A model generated the notes under the pieces. The model saw nothing but the letters and a program-made list of their open reading frames with translations. It made no database searches and was not told the origin of the DNA. The position numbers and the translations under genes are program-made. A stretch of 64,000 nt of DNA from an uncultured Actinomycetota bacterium. GTDB taxonomy: Bacteria; Actinomycetota; Acidimicrobiia; Spongiisociales; UBA5794. The stretch's first letter is position 1. Every line of letters starts with the position of its first letter. Shown piece after piece: positions 60,698 through 64,000 of the stretch. The stretch covers positions 314 to 64,313 of the forward strand of contig CAWAUO010000004.1 of assembly GCA_963785245.1 (NCBI GenBank), in the 5' to 3' direction.

Positions 60698-61443
60698 GTA
60701 CGCCCGTGATCGAGATTGGGGGGCTCAGCTATCACTACCCGGACGGCACCGTTGCCCTTGAAGATGTGGACCTCCACATCCACCAGGGTGAGCGGGTTGC
60801 CCTGCTCGGGCCAAACGGTGCCGGCAAGACGACGCTGATCCTCCACATGAACGGCATCTACCTGCCGCAGACGGGGACGGTTGCCGTCTCCGGGTATCCG
60901 GTGACCGACGACAACCTGGTCGACATCCGCAGGAGGGTCGGGATCGTCTTCCAGGATCCAGACGACCAACTGTTCATGCCGACGGTGCGTGAAGATGTCG
61001 GCTTCGGTCCGGCCAACCTCGGCCTCACCGGAACCGACCTCGATGACCGGGTCAACCAGGCGCTTGCTGCCGTGGAGGTGAGTGATCTGGCCGATCGCCC
61101 GCCCAACCATCTGTCGTATGGCCAGAAGCGCAGGGTGGCGATCGCCGGGGTTATGGCGATGCAGCCCGAGATACTCGTGCTCGACGAGCCGACGTCGAAC
61201 CTTGATCCGGCGAGCCGCAAGGATCTGACGGTGATCCTCGACAGCCTCGAGGTGACGCAACTGATCGTGACCCACGACCTGCTGTACGCGCTCGAGGTCT
61301 GCGAACGATCCGTGATCATCGACGCAGGACGGATTGTGGCCGACGGAACCACCCTCGACGTGCTTGGCGATCCGGAATTGCTCGCCGAACATCGGCTTGG
61401 CCTGCCTGCCGGCCTCCGCATTGACGACGTGGCGACACCGTGA
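60694..61443 (+). CDS. ECF ATPase (NikO/CbiO)
   Basis: GPNGAGKT, VFQDPDDQLF, LSYGQKRR, LDEPT. Confidence 0.94.
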   Translation: MSTPVIEIGGLSYHYPDGTVALEDVDLHIHQGERVALLGPNGAGKTTLILHMNGIYLPQTGTVAVSGYPVTDDNLVDIRRRVGIVFQDPDDQLFMPTVREDVGFGPANLGLTGTDLDDRVNQALAAVEVSDLADRPPNHLSYGQKRRVAIAGVMAMQPEILVLDEPTSNLDPASRKDLTVILDSLEVTQLIVTHDLLYALEVCERSVIIDAGRIVADGTTLDVLGDPELLAEHRLGLPAGLRIDDVATP

Positions 61444-62495
61444 CCGGGCAGCCCCTGGAGCGAGGCGAAGGAGCCGAGGCGCTCACCGGCCGGATGTGGG
61501 AGGTCGCCATACCGCTGCACTCGCCGTTCACGAACGCTTCCGGCACGGTCGTGAACCGTCGTGTGGTCATCGTGTCGATCAGCGACGGAGCCTTGACCGG
61601 GTGGGGCGAGGCGGCACCCTATCCGGGGATCACTCCCGACACGGTCGATGACGCCTGGGACACGCTCGGGCGTGGGGCTGTGCTCGCTCCTTCAGCGGCT
61701 GCCGCCGTCGACGAAGCGCTGACCGATCTCGAAGCTCGGCGTGCCGCACGGTCCCTGTGGAAGAGCATCGGTGGGTCTCGGCGGTTCGTTCCAACATCGA
61801 TTGCGGTTGGCCTGGACGAGGATCCGGTAGCACGGGTGGAGGTGACGGGCGCCGCCGGCGTGAAGCTCAAGATTCGGCCGGGCGACGACGCGAGCCGCGT
61901 GGCGGTGGTGCGAGAGGCGTTGCCGGACCTGTCGATCGGGGTCGATGCCAACGGCTCCTACCAGTGGGACGACCGGGCAGCGCTCCTTCGACTCGACGAG
62001 TACGGGATCGACTACATCGAGCAGCCGTTCCCGACAGATGACCTTGCGTCACATACCCGGCTCCGGGATGAGATCGTCGCCGCGGTGGCCCTGGACGAGT
62101 CGATCGCCTCGATCTCGTCTGCGATCGGTGCGATCGAGGCCGGCGCCGCAGATCTGCTGGTGGTGAAACCGGCCCGACTGGGCATGACCGCGGCGCGGGT
62201 CATCCACGACATCGCCCTCGCTGCCGGCCTCCGTATCAAGGCCTCCGGGCTGGTCGAGACCGCCATCGGGAGGGCTCACACGCTGGCGATTGCGACGCTG
62301 CCGGCGGCTGTCTACTCAGATGTCGCTGCACCGGCGTGGTACCTGGATGGCGGTATCGATGCTGACGAGCCGGCCGTCGTGGGAGACCGCGTGGAGCTCT
62401 CGGATCGGCCAGGGATGGGGTTCGACCCGGACCCCAACGCGTTCGAGCGCTACGTCGTCCGCGAGGCAGTCCTCGACTCGAGGATCTGGGATTGA
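61440..62495 (+). CDS. menC: o-Succinylbenzoate synthase / N-acylamino acid racemase family enolase (MenC-like)
   Basis: GWGE, KLKI, VDANG, IEQP, LDES, VKP. Confidence 0.7.
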   Translation: MTGQPLERGEGAEALTGRMWEVAIPLHSPFTNASGTVVNRRVVIVSISDGALTGWGEAAPYPGITPDTVDDAWDTLGRGAVLAPSAAAAVDEALTDLEARRAARSLWKSIGGSRRFVPTSIAVGLDEDPVARVEVTGAAGVKLKIRPGDDASRVAVVREALPDLSIGVDANGSYQWDDRAALLRLDEYGIDYIEQPFPTDDLASHTRLRDEIVAAVALDESIASISSAIGAIEAGAADLLVVKPARLGMTAARVIHDIALAAGLRIKASGLVETAIGRAHTLAIATLPAAVYSDVAAPAWYLDGGIDADEPAVVGDRVELSDRPGMGFDPDPNAFERYVVREAVLDSRIWD

Positions 62496-63266
62496 ACGAC
62501 CCTGCCAACCGGGCCGTCGGCGTCGAACAGTTCGGAGTCTGCGGAGCCGATCCCTGTTGCGTGCTGGCGAGCGCGGCGAACGCATCCCGAGCCACGCCCC
62601 GGTCGGAAGGCGGTGCAGCGTCAGGCTGACATCCGGGTTTCTGTAGAACCAGTCGCGGCCGTCGAGCGCCATTGCGTTGCCGTTCCCGACATCGGAGAGC
62701 GTCGCCGTCTGAACAAGTGGTGTCGTTGGCTCGTGCTCGACGACCGGCACGACCAGCCGGACCCATGACAGTCCCTCGCCGAGCGTGAAGAACGAGTCGT
62801 TGACCGTTCGAGCCTCGATGGCATGGCTGTGGAACCGTTCCTGATCGGTGACGTCAAACCCGAAGCGGCCCCACGAGATCGCCTCGGCCTCATCGAGTCC
62901 GGGAGGAGGGGCCCAGGAGTCGACCGGATCCGGGATTGGCACGTCGCTCGTCCGAATCTTCAGACCCGAGGCCCGGGCCACGGGTTGACCGGCTGCAACG
63001 AGCACGGCGTCGACGACCTGGATTCGGCGCCCATCCCGGGTCACCGTCGTGTCGACGAGCAGCGGTAGGTCGACTGGGACACCGCGGAAGAGGTCTACGG
63101 TCAGCCGCACGACCTGCATCGGAACGGCGCTCGGCGTTCGCTCGACCGCCCAGGCGAGCAATCCGACCGGCGGTCCACCGTGCTGTACGTCACCCGACCA
63201 GATACTCCGAGTGAGTCCGGTGGGGTGGAACAGTTCGCCGTCCGGGACATAGAGCGCGGTGGACAT
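62450..63266 (-). CDS. Acyl-CoA thioesterase-like (hot-dog) protein, frameshift near 62575
   Basis: QHGGPP, LSDVGNG, NPDVSLTLHRLP; the expected C-terminus GIGSADSELFDADGPVGRVVQSQIL lies in another frame and stops at 62450. Confidence 0.82.
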
Positions 63267-63368
63267 GCCAGAGACGCTAGTAGCGGAGGAGCAGAGGAAG
63301 GCGGTGACGATGCGGGCTCCGGTGCGTCGCCGTACTCAGCCAATCAGCTACGGTCACGAACTGGCCCC

Positions 63369-64000
63369 TTACTCCACCGGCAAGCCCAACCCCCGCGCGA
63401 TGATCAGGCGTTGCATCTCGCTGGTGCCTTCGCCGATCTCGAGGACCTTCGCATCGCGATAGTGGCGGGCGACGAGGGTGTCATCGAGGAAGCCGGTGCC
63501 GCCAAAGACCTGCGTGGCGTTCCTGGTGGCCGTAACGGCTGACTCGGTGGCGTACAGCTTCGCTCGAGCCGCGGCGTGCTTGTAGGGCTGACCGGTGTCC
63601 TTGAGCCACGCTGCCTTGTAGGTGAGGAGGCGCGCTGCTTCGGCCATGACCTCGATATCGGCGATCTTGAACGCGATGCCCTGATACGAGCCGATCGGGC
63701 TGCCGAACGATGTCCGATCCCGGGCGTAGGCAACCGTCTCGTCGAGGCAGGCCTGGAGCACACCAACGGCGAGGGCGGCAATGGCGATCCTGCCGTCGTC
63801 GAGGGTGGAGAGGAACTGTCGGAACCCGTCGCCCCGTATGCCGAGAAGGTGGTCCTCAGGAACGCGGCAGTCGGCGAAGCTCAGGCCGTGGGTGTCGGAT
63901 GCGTGCCAGCCCATCTTCTCGTACGACGGCTCGACCACGAACCCGGGGGTACCGGTAGGAACAATGATGGCGGAAACCTCGTCGGGACCGGTCCGGGCGG
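63369..64000 (-). CDS. Acyl-CoA dehydrogenase (C-terminal part; runs off the window)
   Basis: KMGWHASDT, LDDGRIAIAA, QVFGG.G, YRDAKVLEIGEGTSE. Confidence 0.95.
   Translation of the reverse strand, partial: ARTGPDEVSAIIVPTGTPGFVVEPSYEKMGWHASDTHGLSFADCRVPEDHLLGIRGDGFRQFLSTLDDGRIAIAALAVGVLQACLDETVAYARDRTSFGSPIGSYQGIAFKIADIEVMAEAARLLTYKAAWLKDTGQPYKHAAARAKLYATESAVTATRNATQVFGGTGFLDDTLVARHYRDAKVLEIGEGTSEMQRLIIARGLGLPVE

Noticed and set aside
49480-64000. Integrative element at tRNA-Asn
   Set aside because: No integrase and no duplicated tRNA 3' end seen in the window.

Overview
High-GC actinobacterial chromosome segment; gene order, a BldD-like regulator and Thr-rich lipoprotein linkers suggest class Acidimicrobiia (inference). 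The backbone is the conserved comEA-comEC...holA/rpsT/lepA-hemW-hrcA-dnaJ...phoH-HD hydrolase-ybeY-CBS protein-era-recO-uppS-glyQS...dnaG-rpoD-tRNA-Asn region. It is interrupted by four accessory blocks: (1) a xylose-type ABC transporter with oxidoreductases and a divergent vanadium-haloperoxidase-like lipoprotein plus CRTAC1/ASPIC-UnbV pair (2.3-11.3 kb); (2) a ~15 kb purine-catabolism block (xdh-ssnA-ygfK, BMP-type ABC importer) whose two promoters share a TTGACA-N3-(T/C)GTCAA palindrome and flank a small YkoF-like + HTH gene pair; (3) an ahcY remnant and a DUF222-HNH gene next to tRNA-Asn; (4) an oleA-oleBC-oleD cluster, an orphan sensor kinase, SulP, an ECF Ni/Co transporter, menC-like, thioesterase and acyl-CoA dehydrogenase genes. 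Several genes carry single-base frameshifts, probably long-read errors. No CRISPR array, rRNA, transposase or integrase was seen. The best candidates for undescribed biology are the two-gene purine regulator with its palindromic operator, the haloperoxidase-CRTAC1 module beside xylFHG, BldD with an intact c-di-GMP motif, an unannotated 27-aa peptide opposite an Lrp gene, and a dispersed heptamer repeat family. All protein calls come from motif recognition; no database search was run.
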